Source: Macrostomum lignano (taxonomy: Eukaryota). From it: DNA of 64,000 bases. The translations under genes were made by a program, and so were the position numbers. The notes beneath the pieces were generated by a model. The model was not told the DNA's origin. It was given only the letters and a program-made list of their open reading frames with translations, and ran no database searches. Positions 1-11,671 of the stretch are shown here, one piece after another (positions within the stretch are counted from its first letter, which is position 1; the number at the start of each line of letters is the position of its first letter). The DNA lies in the NCBI GenBank assembly GCA_002269645.1, contig NIVC01001253.1, forward strand, positions 62,001-126,000, written 5' to 3'.

Positions 1-4
1 CAAC

Positions 5-90
5 GGAAACATTGATAGCCAGGCTATTAAGGGCTTTAAACCATTTTTGAAAGTAGGATGGAGTTTAACCCCTCAAATGAAGAGACTACC
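5..90 (+). repeat. Short segment homologous to the distal end of the duplicated TRIM-NHL units
   Basis: ggaaacattgatagccaggctattaagggctttaaa...gaagagact matches ~7585-7670 and ~18505-18590 by eye. Confidence 0.7.
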
Positions 91-768
91 AAAATGTATT
101 TGTGTCTTCAACGTCGAGTTACAATAAGTTATGGCAATCCTAACTTTTGTTCGGTAAATTATTTGGACTACGAATTTGTGCTCAGCGAACAGTGGAATAT
201 GGAAGAATTCCCATAGTGAAACCGACACTGAACGAGTGATATCTCAGTTTTAAAGCGCAGGACTGATGTCGCATGGTCTGTAGTCTGAGATCCAGATAAG
301 ATATGGCTCACTTTGTGGATCCACAGCGGGAGGCCGCCTGCATACCAATAGCTACTGTGGAATTAATGAGCCGGGCCCACGTCAAACGAAGTTTCGTAAC
401 ATAAGCACGAGTGACGCTTTATTCGATGCCCATATTGATGAGTGGCGTCGCCTCTATTCACATAGCACCTTTGGCGCTCTTTTCTACTGGGTAGTGCTTT
501 ACTATCCACTTTGATGATTTCTTTTTGACTTTGACTTAAAAATACTGAACTTTATCTAGTTTATAGTTTACATTTTATAGTTTACATTTGCTTTACCATT
601 GAAATGCACACTTTGGGAATTCTTAGAAGTGTTCGCTGAGTACAGATTTGAAGTCAAAATAATTTACCAAAAGAAAATGTAAAATTACCTAAGTTATTTC
701 TAGGATACGCACAGTCTAACATTCGATCTTCTCACTATTACTAGGCTTGGCTCTCACGTCGCGGTAAG

Positions 769-986
769 CAGTGGTGGATCCAGAATTTCATTTTGGGAGG
801 CGGTCCAAGTTTGGGGCGCCAACATGAGTATGAGGGGCGCCAAATTTTAAGCTAGGGGCACAAAATGCGTGTAGGGAGCGAAAAATCAAGTTCAAAGGGC
901 GCAAACTTAGGTTTTTGGGGAGCACAATGTTCAAGCTGTTTCGGGGGGGGGGGGGCGGCCGCCCCCCACCCCTAAGTCCGCCCTTG
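769..986. mobile_element. Small degenerate hAT-like MITE
   Basis: Ends CAGTGGTGGATC / AGTCCGCCCTTG (imperfect inverted), internal GGGGCGC(C/A)AA repeats and G-run; no TSD at these ends. Confidence 0.4.
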
Positions 987-994
987 TTGTTAAT

Positions 995-1696
995 ACCAAG
1001 GACGACTTAAGTAGAAGGACGGGAAACCTCGTTTCTTAGAAAAGTTTTGAAGGCACTTTTTCCCGAAAAAATACACTACGGAGATAGGAAGTTTTCATTT
1101 TTTCAGCACAAAAATTGTTATTGCGTTTGATAGGAGGCAGATCCAGTGTTCATCTTTTGATATGTTGTGCCTTTTTTATTGCTCTATCGATATTTATAAA
1201 GCTTTTCGTTCAGAAAATTAGGATTCTATGTTAATTTTTTATTCTACGTATATTTCCTGTATCTAAAAATCACAAAAATGCATGACACAGCTCCAATATT
1301 TGGTTTTATGAACCTATTTTATCATCTCTGTTACGAATATTTGCTACACAGTCGGATAAGAATGATAAAATAGACTAATGAAACCAAAGAGCCGAGCCGT
1401 GGCATTCTAATGTATTTCAAGCACAAGACACGCGAAAATATACGTAGAATAAAAAATTAACATAGAATCCTAATTTTCTGAACGAAAAGCTTTATAAATA
1501 TCGATAGAGCAATAAAAAAGGCACAACATATCAAAAGATGAACACTGGATCTGCCTCCTATCAAACGCAATAACAATTTTTGTGCTGGAAAAATGAAAAC
1601 TTCCTATCTCCGTAGTGTATTTTTTCGGGAAAAAGTGCCTTCAAAACTTTTCTAAGAAACGAGGTTTCCCGTCCTTCTACTTAAGTCGTCCTTGGT
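995..1696. mobile_element. Foldback-type non-autonomous DNA transposon with ~261-bp TIRs
   Basis: 995-1255 is the near-perfect reverse complement of 1436-1696 (one substitution seen); 180-bp spacer; TAAT direct repeat at 991-994 and 1697-1700. Confidence 0.9.
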
Positions 1697-2110
1697 TAAT
1701 ACGCGTTGACCTTAAAAGTATTAGTTCGCGGGTCAGCCCTTGGGGGGCTCTGCCACAATATATATATATATATATATTTATATATTTTTTAAAATGAGCC
1801 TTGTTTGAAATATTGCGAAATAGTAGTTTTGAAAAAGATTTTGAAAAAAGTGTTAAACATTAAGAATAAATATAAAAAAGTCGCCATTGGCGGTAAGCAC
1901 TAATTAAGTCAAGTTGAAGCCCGCACGCGTACTGTAAGAAAATGTACTGTGACGTTTTAAAGTTGCTGTCTCTGAAATAACGATGAAGTCAACGACGGCG
2001 AAGTGATTTTGTAGCGGTTGCACTTGGCAAAACAGCGGCAGGACAAGCGGCAGGCTTTTTTATTATTATTGTTAAATTGGTTATTACAGTGGCTTAACGT
2101 ACCAGGTAAT

Positions 2111-2548
2111 TGTCACTGGGATTAATATACGGGGGCACTGGCGGCGCGCAACAATGGGTTTGTATTGATAGGTGAAGAAGGCAAGTAGATGATAAGTAGG
2201 TTGATGAGGATGACGCAAGTTAGCACGGTAATGGCGGTGAGTACTCGGTGTGGCGGTGCTCGAAGTAAGAGCTCGTACAGACTGGCAGACAGTAGGAGTG
2301 GTGTGATTGGGCCTAGCGAAGACGTGGCTAGCCCGTGGCGAAGTAAGACAGAGAGAAGAGAAGGCGTAAACAAGTCTGGCCCAGACGGGGCGGGGCCGCG
2401 GGGAGAGATTACAAGATAGATAAGCCAAGCACGTGAGATAAGCCAAGGAGAGCGGGGAAGGAGGTTAGAGCCAGGAAAGGAAAGGAAGGAAGGTGACCCC
2501 CCAAGCGCCGCCAGGCGGGGTTGATAAAGGGGCGCAGGAAAATTAACA
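2111..2548 (-). mobile_element. Solo LTR (438 bp), probably Ty3/Gypsy-type
   Basis: TGT...ACA termini, 4-bp TSD TAAT (2107-2110, 2549-2552), GC-richer than flanks, AATACA poly(A)-like signal on minus strand; no internal domain. Confidence 0.65.
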
Positions 2549-3358
2549 TAATATATGCGCGGAGTTTTCATTGGCTGGCTGAGGAAAAACAAATACAGAA
2601 ATTATTGATCGCGCAGACCTTACAAATGTACGCAAACCTTACAATTGATAAAGATTCATTTGGCACTACTACAAGCAGATGTGCGCGTACGAAAAGGTAA
2701 TAGTAAAGATTGATACAATATGTCAAAACGGCCCTTTGCGGGGCCACCTAAACTGACAACGTCACAGTACAACAAATAATTCAACAAAGTAATTCAATAC
2801 ATCAAAGCTATATTTTCATGAAGCTACGTTGCAATAAATTCCAAATTACAAAAACAACACATCATTTGCTATGGGACTTCAGTCAGAGTTCATCCAAATT
2901 TCATTCAGTAATAGGCAGAGTGAATTAATTTTTGTTACTTTTTTGTTTTCGTTTCTTCAATTTTTCCACTAAAAACCACAGCAAAAATTTTAATTGATAT
3001 CGAAAATGGCATAACATCTTTGACAATACATCAACGCCGCATGATAGATAAAAATTGAATAGGATAGCACTTTATAATTATGTTACAATATGAAGTATAC
3101 GTAGATATTTAGACGCGTCTTTAGCAATAAAAAATACTGATTATCGGGACATAAACGTCTAATGGTATAGCTATGCAAGAAATTATATAAAATGGCTATA
3201 ATCTTACAATTTTTACAATTTTATTGAATTCATAATTCTCTGCGCTTCTACGACGCATATAAAAATAAGCGAAAATGTTGACAGTTTCGCGGAAAATTTT
3301 AAGTTTCAATTAAGTGTCAATGACGCTTGTAGTAAAAGTTCGATTTTTCGTTGGCTTT

Positions 3359-5761
3359 TTAATCCAACTGAAGGACTCGCAGACAACTATTATGACAGTC
3401 GGCAACAACTAGCAACTCACATGATTCGGACTGCACAACAATCAGACCAGTAGGATTATTAAAAATGCTTTCTTCTTGGCGTATTCCGCCAAAAGTCTGA
3501 AGAATTTCTCCTGAGCTAAAGAACGCGCAGACTGTATTATTTCTAACATTTGAGACGAACAAAACGCCTCTGCTGTCCACATCGACTTGAACAGGCCGGA
3601 TTAATCTGCTATCGGCTTCGGCAGGGTAACTCGAGATCAGCTGACCGCTGATTGCGCATATTTTACGAACCTTGCCGAGACCGATATCTACCAGCAGAAC
3701 CTTGCTTCCGTGTAGGGCGATTTCGTCCAAATCTTCACCAAGGTGTGAAACGTTAAGTGAGCTCTCGAGATTCCCGGACTTCTTGCCTACTAAATGAACA
3801 TATTTTAAGTTCATATTTAACACAAACAGTTTGTCCATGTTCCCGCAAATGGCATGAACTCCTAAAGCACTCAGGCCCAGGCTCTCTGCCGTGATTATTC
3901 GAGTAATTTCCCCGCTCAGGTCAGACACTGTCACAGACCGAGACTGGCTCACAAACAGCATCTGTTTCTCATTGTCGCAGTGAAGTCCACTGATCCATTC
4001 TCTCCAGTTCAGCTTTGAGTGGTACTCCAGCCTATCGCTTCCATCGAGAGACACCACCTGCAAATAGTCTACTTTTTTCTGGTCAAATGCAATAAAGATA
4101 CTCGGTTGAGGCAGCGGCTTGGTGCCAGGGCTCGATGGTCCAGCCTTTGCAATGCGACCTGCTGAGTTGCAGACAAATCCAGCAGTGTTTGAGCAGCAAC
4201 ACAGGTGACCAGTGTTGGGCACTTCCGTTACCGAGTAACTTGCAAATGGTAACGCAAGTTACTTTTTCGTAAAGCGTTCCTTACGCAAGTTACTTTTTTA
4301 TTTTAGTAACGGAGTAACGGTAAGTTACTCAAATTTCAGAAGTCCGTTACAGTTACTTTGCAACAATCGCAATATTTAAATTTAAAACTGAAATGCTTAG
4401 CTATTACGCCGGTTGTCACATGTTTTTGCATTTTTCATTCCTAAATTCAAAACTAAGTGAATAGTATCATATGGTATTGCGCTTAATTAATGAAGAAATA
4501 CTTGAAACATGTTTTACTTTATTAATTTCGGTAAAATATTTTCGCCTTTCATTTTCGTTACTAAAAATTTTCAAGTTTGATTCAAACAAACAACCAAAGA
4601 AAGAAATTCATCTGTAGCCTCCACAAGTCCCTCCACTGGCACTGTAGTACACTACACCATTTTATACAGTTCTATTTATTTTACTCTATTGAATTATTGA
4701 TATTCGTTCATTTTATCATTTATAATTTTAATTATTGATTGCCATTACCCATTGGTCCTTCTACTTGCCTCACATCGTGTCGCCAATTCCTGTCTCTGTC
4801 TGGTAATCGGTTAATCCCAATGCCCAATGGCAAATTTCGGTAACAACAATGTGAAAAAATGTGCAATGTGAAAAAAGCAGAAAATTTTGTTAATAACATG
4901 GGTAACGGAAGTGAGTAACGGACAGTAACTTAAAAGTTACCAGGTTTTTGTCTAAAGTTACTAGGCTAACGTAAGTTACTTATTAAAAATTGGTAACTTA
5001 AGTTACAGTAACGCAAGTTACTTTTTTGAGTAACTTGCCCAACACTGCAGGTGACATGGTTGATCTTCAAGTTTGTCAATTCTAGTCATTGGCCTTTTGG
5101 TCAAAGTCCCTCCATCTCCGTCTTCAAGCCAGCACTGCTGCATCACGCTAGCCATATGCTTGTTGATGACGAGCTTCAGCTGCTGAACTCCTGCCGCGAC
5201 GTCTCCGACAGACCGAAAGACCACATCACCGCTGAGTCCATGACTCACCGCGCTTTGCCGCTCGCGCAGCTTCAAACGAGTCTCGTTAAACTTCGCCGAT
5301 CGCTCACTGGCCTCTTCCAGCCACAGCTCGGTGGTGGCTGCAAGCTTCGCCATCTCCCGCACGTCTCCAGCCTCGGAAGCAGCCGTCAGGTCCTTCTCGC
5401 ACTGCTCCGCCTCCGACGCGTCTCTCAGACGATCAGCTACCGAGTCGTGCACCGCCTGCACTCGAGCCTCTGTCCGCTGCCGCCACTGTCGCAGCTCCTC
5501 CTCCAGCTCGTCGAACATCTCTCTAACGTCCTCGATCTCTGCTGCTAGCGCGCTCTGCTCAACTCGCAGCTGCGACGTGTCTGGAGTGTCCCTAAGAGCG
5601 CGCAGCTTCTTCATCAGGTTGTCCTTCTGCTCAGTGAGCTTGAGCACCTCCTTGTCGAAGTGAACTCGGCACAGAGACACACCGGTGCGGGGTCCCTCAT
5701 CGTGGATCGGTTTATTGCATGCCCTGATGCTGCACTGAGTGGCGCTCGCGTCTGACGACAT
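3359..5761 (-). pseudogene. Zn-knuckle/coiled-coil/NHL-repeat (TRIM-NHL-like) gene interrupted by a hAT MITE
   Basis: ORFs 5018..5761 and 3359..4222 are the two halves of the 520-aa paralog at 15332..16894; removing 4210-5047 plus one TSD gives 714+843 nt = an open 518-aa frame (…EDQPCHL|CCCSN…). Confidence 0.85.
4210..5047. mobile_element. Non-autonomous hAT-superfamily element (838 bp)
   Basis: Perfect 12-bp TIR CAGTGTTGGGCA/TGCCCAACACTG, perfect 8-bp TSD CAGGTGAC (4202-4209, 5048-5055), subterminal GTAAC/GTTAC repeats, AT-rich non-coding core. Confidence 0.93.
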
Positions 5762-6108
5762 TTTTAATGCTGAGATTTTAGCTGCTAAGCTCTTGAGGGC
5801 TTCTTCTGTATTTATGCCTGAGCAGAAACTTCATTGAGACATATAAAATGAACTCATTTATACAATTCACCTTCTTCAAAGTAATAAAATAAAATATTCT
5901 CTCCTATGTCAGTACGTTTTAGAGTTGTGGAAAAGGACTGTACAAGCTTTTGTAGAAAGCAAGTAGAATTGACCCAAAATTATGTGGAGACGGCAGATGG
6001 AGAGAGGTTGGTGTATTTTTGTTGATAAGGTTTTGTAAAGAAGGCATCAGTGTGTACAGAGTCTGTCTGTTTTAGCCAATTTGTGACGTCTTGTAAAAGC
6101 ATAGAACT

Positions 6109-6427
6109 GGGGTTGTAGCCTAGTGGTTAGAGCGTCGAACTCACAACTGAAAGGTCGGGGGTTCGATTCTCGACCAACTCAGAACAATTTGTGCTCTTAA
6201 GCAGGACACAACTCTGCATTGCTTCAGTTCACCCAGCTGAAAAATGTGTGCAAGCATTAGATGGGGTACAAGTAAATGATGCTGTGTGTGGCGACACCCC
6301 CCTCCAAGTCATTCGACTGAACAGTCGTACGCAGCCTTCAGAAGCGCTGCGCAGTAGCTACGGCTGAGCTGTCGGTCACACATCTGACAATTAGAGCAGG
6401 TGAAATGAATTATTACGACTATTATTA
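6109..6427 (+). mobile_element. tRNA-derived SINE with CORE-like central domain
   Basis: A box TAGCCTAGTGG, B box GGTTCGATTC, followed by ...TTAAGCAGGACAC...CACCCAGCTG segment and TAT-rich tail; paralogous to 17258-17565. Confidence 0.75.
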
Positions 6428-6989
6428 AACAACAACACTGTACACTTATGTGCAGTCAGATGCGCAAAAAAGAGAACTTCACCCAGGCTTACTTCATGCC
6501 ACCTTTTAAATCGAAGCATTTAAAAATTTTGATGTAGTTTTGGACAATTTTTAAATGGTCTCTTATTGATGCGATCTAGACAACCCCGCACTTTAGCTAT
6601 CGACAATTCTAGAAAACAGTTCTGACGAATTTCAGAGTCGTAGAAATATAGATCTCGATTTCTATGATTCATGCATGCTACGATTTTGTGACCTTAATGC
6701 TCGTGTTTATCCCGAATTCCGCTTTATTTGGTTGGTAACACTATTTATTGAGTAGACATTGGGCTGCCGTTGGCTGCTAGAATCATGAAAATGATTGCCA
6801 CAATCCAGCCAAACGGTTCTGCACAATTGCTTTAGACCAAATGGCGTTGCGGCCCTCCATACGCTACGATGCAAGTCCGAACAAAACTATCGGATTCGAA
6901 GACTATAATTGCGTCTCGTTAGCGTTTAAATCGCAACAACAGCTGCTACGTTCGTCTCCTAAAGCTGTTTGCTGTTGCGGCGAGTGTCG

Positions 6990-7385
6990 CCCTGCTGGTC
7001 AACACGCTGAAGGCCGTCGTGATCTGCGTGCTGGACGACATCAAGGCTGAAAGTTTGTCCCGAGGCGCAGATGGACAGGTGAGATCTCCGACCAAACTAA
7101 AACTTAGGTGTTGTCAGCAGTTCATCTATCGCGGCAGTCCGGTTCCCGGTGTCCGCGAGGATCTGCGCGACGTCGCTGCGGACTTTCCTGAGCAGCCCCT
7201 TTTGTTCTGTGAGAGGGCTGTCCTGCAGTCTGAGGCCCATTTAACGGTCTGAAGGTGGCGCTGTTCCCAGCAGTGGTAGAGGCTGTCCTGCTATACAGTA
7301 TACAATACTCCAATGCAATGCAATGCTGAGTCCTGGACGCTGAAGGACTCGCTTGACCAAGTAGACGCGGCGCACGCTGGCCTGA
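6990..7385 (+). mobile_element. Decayed RTE-like LINE reverse-transcriptase C-terminal relic
   Basis: Broken frames give NAESWTLKDSLDQVDAAHAGL, resembling the 'LLYNAETWTL...LDAAH' motif of RTE-type ORFs; paralog at ~18050-18380. Confidence 0.55.
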
Positions 7386-8109
7386 GCGATCAGTTTCCAG
7401 TGCGACTGGCTTGTTTGGCTTCAGGCAACATCCATATGACTGCAAACTCTTTTCATATTTATTGATAGGGGCAGGTACATCAGTAACTTTCAAGTTTTAT
7501 GCTTAAGTTTTGGCTTGACTAACGAGATACATGTCTCTAGCATAGATACGCATTTGCACTACTGTTAGTAATTTAGTCCGGGGAGGAAATATTGATAGTC
7601 AGGCTATTAAGGGTTTTAAACAAATGCTTTTGGAAGTAGGAAAGAGTTGGACCCCCCAAATGAAGAGACTAAAAAGTTTACGAAGAAGAGGGACTTCAGG
7701 AGGCTTGTCTGGGTGAAAGTAGGTAGTTTTTTAAGTAATGAAACTACAAATCTCGCCTAATTTTTTTTCCAAAAACATCTTTTTCTATTCTCTGCATTCA
7801 AATTCAATGGATTGGATTGGTATGGTTCATTGTTGTATACTACAATACTAGGGACTTAGGAGGACCTCAGGAATCTCAGGCCCTGGACAGCGAAGTGTCA
7901 AAATGAGCGAGCCAATGAAATATTGATATTAACAAATAAACAATCCACCAATGCTGATGCTGACTTAGAACTTTGACCAATCCATTGCTTTATAAGACCT
8001 CCCCATTTGAAATCCCATCTCCCATTTGAAATCCCATCTCCCCATTTAAAATCCCATCTCCCCTTGTAAAATCCCTTGTAAAACTCCTTGTAAAAACGAG
8101 TATTTGTCG

Positions 8110-8764
8110 TGCGATTCACAGGCATGAAGGCCAGCTCCCAAAGACACAGAGAGTACATGCCTGACTTGATTAGAAAGTCAAAGGTCCGCTGTGCACCCCG
8201 TGTGAGTGCGTGCCAGCGTACAGAATTGGCTTAGCCTGCGTGTGCCCAGGAATCAGCGGAATGGGCTGCTTGGTTTGGGACCGGGTGCGGCATTTTTAGT
8301 ATTGCTGCTAAGCAAAATTACCAGTCTGGATTGACACGTTTTCCAACTGTTTTTATTTTCAAGATCTAATTGGTCAGGATCAGTGATACGAAAAAAACTT
8401 CCCATCAGCCTATTCAAAATCTCCATGGCAGGAGCTACCTGTGGAAAAGTCCACCTGCAGGTTTCTGTTTCTATCCAGCCTCGATAACTACTCAATGACT
8501 GTTCACACCGGAGCGCGTCTGGCTGCTCGAATTCGAAGATCTAACGGACAGCGCCGAGTTGATCACGTGACCTATCCAGGTGCGGGTCACCTGCTAGAGC
8601 CGCCAATCAGCCCATGCACCCCGCTGTGCTATCACGGACTCTACGGCTTGAACATGGACTATGGCGGCAATTCAAAACAGCATCACGAGGCTCAGGTAGA
8701 CAGCTGGTGCAGAATTATTCAAGTGTTTCGGGAAGAGCTGGATCCGGTCTCGGCTAGACTGTAG
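8110..8764 (+). pseudogene. Decayed ACOT/BAAT-family thioesterase 3' fragment
   Basis: 8441..8764 aligns to the last exon of the ACOT gene (QELPVEK...FLFLSSLDNYS...YPGAGHLLEPPISPC...ARL*); upstream GLLGLGPGAA matches GLIGVSAGAD; in-frame stops at 8203 and 8384 and a frameshift near 8323. Confidence 0.75.
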
Positions 8765-8850
8765 CATAAGGTTAAACTGAAAATAATTGACAGCAAACAT
8801 AAAATTATCAAATTGTTTTAGTTCCTATTTAGGAATTAACCACTGTAACC

Positions 8851-9476
8851 CCAGGGTCGGCAAACTCCAGCCGGCGGGCCACATGCGGCCCTTGGGTCCT
8901 TTGGAATTTCACCATAGTGATCCAGCTCGCTTAAGGTTTGTCTTTTCAGCTCTCTTCTCTTCCTCTTCTCTAATCTCCTTCTCTTCTCTCTTGTCTTCTC
9001 TGCCTCTCACCTCTCCTCTTCTCTCCTCTCCCCTCTCCACCTCTTCTCTCCTTCCTTTTCTCTCCTCTCCATCTCCTCTCTCTTTTCTCCTCTCTCTTCT
9101 CCTCTCCTTTTCTTCTCTCTTCTCTCCTCTACTCTCTCTTCTCTACTCTATATCTCTTCTCTCCTCTCCTCTCTCTTCTCTACTCTCCATCTCTTCTCTC
9201 CTCTCCTCTTCTCTTATTTCCTCTCCATCTTTTTTCTTCTCTCCTCTCTCTTTTCTCCTGCCTCCTCTCTCCATCTTTTCTCTCGTCTCCTCTCTCCTCT
9301 CTTCTCTTATCTCCTCTCACTCATCTTCTCTCCTTTCGCGTCATCTCTTCTCTCCTCTTGTCCACTTTATTCTATCTCTTTTCTCTATTCCCTCTATCCT
9401 CTCTTCGCTGCCCCGCAGTCATGCACTAGGTTCTCTGTCTGGCCCCTGACGTAATAAAAAAGTTTTCCAACCTTTG
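8851..9476 (+). mobile_element. hAT (Charlie-like) MITE carrying an internal CT-rich microsatellite
   Basis: Ends CCAGGGTCGGCAAACT / AGTTTTCCAACCTTTG, subterminal GCGGGCCACATGCGGCCC, 8-bp TSD CTGTAACC/TTGTAACC (7/8). Confidence 0.7.
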
Positions 9477-10018
9477 TTGTAACCTAAGTATTATATTGCA
9501 TGTTGTGCGTGTAAATGACTGACTTTTTTGACGAAATTATTTTCAGTTTTTTGCCAAAGTAAAATCAAACGGAGTTCCGTGAGGTTTTTTAATTCAAAAG
9601 ATTTATTTATTTGTCTGCAAATTTGGTTTTGTAGTCATTTTTATATAATTTCATTAGCTAATTGTTGTTTTTTCATTTTGATTTTATTCATTTTGCCTTA
9701 TTTCAATATGGTTAAAATTTTAACAAATAAATTGAATCCATTTTTTTTAAATACTGAATATTGGCTAATGAGGATTGCCTTTTTCAAATTAGTGCCCCTT
9801 TGTTAATCTACTTCAGGATTCTCTAAACTGAAGTGTTTTGACGGTTTAAAAATTTGAAAGCATGGTGCGTATGTCTTGACCTTCTTGATTTTACCGTCAT
9901 TTTCTTTGAAAATCATTTTGGCGCCACAATTCCTAAGGAACAATTTTAGCGCCTGAACAATCCGCTGGTCTGAGTTAAAATCAAACCCATCATTATCCAT
10001 AATCTACCTCGTATAGAT

Positions 10019-10948
<930 letters not shown>

Positions 10949-11469
10949 ATCGAGATGGATGCACCCCCACCCCTGTATAACCGGAAAAACACCTAAAAGT
11001 AGATCCAGAAAAAAACCACATCGTGACTAATTTGTAGGATTCACTGCTTAACCTAAGCTGAAAATCGAGGATCACTATAAATGCAAATCCCTAAATTATT
11101 GGAATAAAAAAATAAGCTAAATTATTTGGGTCCTCCTCTCACTCACTCATGGGACTGACTCATTTACATTCTTCTATTCTATATAGGCTCTCGAAAGTGC
11201 ATGTACCATGCATTTAGCAACATTTAAACACAAGAAGGATACGTCTGTGACTATGAGCAGTCTGCAATCTGTACATTCGATTATTGTCAATTTGATACTG
11301 CAGCAACTGGAAAAAAGTATGAATAAATGAAAATTAATCAACACATGGATATTGGGTACCCGTTCAGAGCTCATCTACTTAATTATTGTTCTTCTTTGTC
11401 CAAGAAGTCCTATGGAAGCGGCGTTTGGGTGCTGCACCTGCTGCTCGGGACAAAAACCCAGTCATAAGC

Positions 11470-11671
11470 TCGTAGAGGAGAGGAGAGGTGAGAAGGGAGA
11501 AGAGAGGAGAGGAGAAAACAGAGGAGAGGAGAGGAGACCAGAGAAGAGAAGGGAGAAGAAAAGCGAGAGGAAATTATAGAGGAAAGAGAGCTGAGAATAG
11601 ACACAAGCCGGCCTTGAGAGGGCCGCATAGCGAGGCTTGGCGGGTCCGCGAGCCGGAATTTGCCGACCCCT
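11470..11671 (-). mobile_element. Partial copy of the CT/GA-core hAT MITE
   Basis: GA-rich tract followed by ...GCGAGCCGGAATTTGCCGACCCCT end; other end not recognisable. Confidence 0.5.

Larger units (their letters stand above)
3180..7985. repeat. Segmental duplication, copy 1 (TRIM-NHL-like gene + upstream SINE + RTE relic)
   Basis: Continuous colinear similarity with ~15155-18855 in coding and flanking DNA. Confidence 0.9.

Noticed and set aside
4202-5055. Idea that the hAT MITE is removed precisely as an intron (introner-like)
   Set aside because: On the coding strand the TSD starts with GT, but no register of the 846-nt removal ends in AG, so precise splicing is not possible
5051-5663. 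Plus-strand ORFs 5051..5548, 5331..5663 and 16283..16681
   Set aside because: Antisense shadows of the GC-rich coiled-coil coding region
6109-6185. tRNA gene-like sequences here and at 17258-17330
   Set aside because: A/B boxes are present, but I could not see a closing acceptor stem or a poly-T terminator, and they continue into a conserved SINE body
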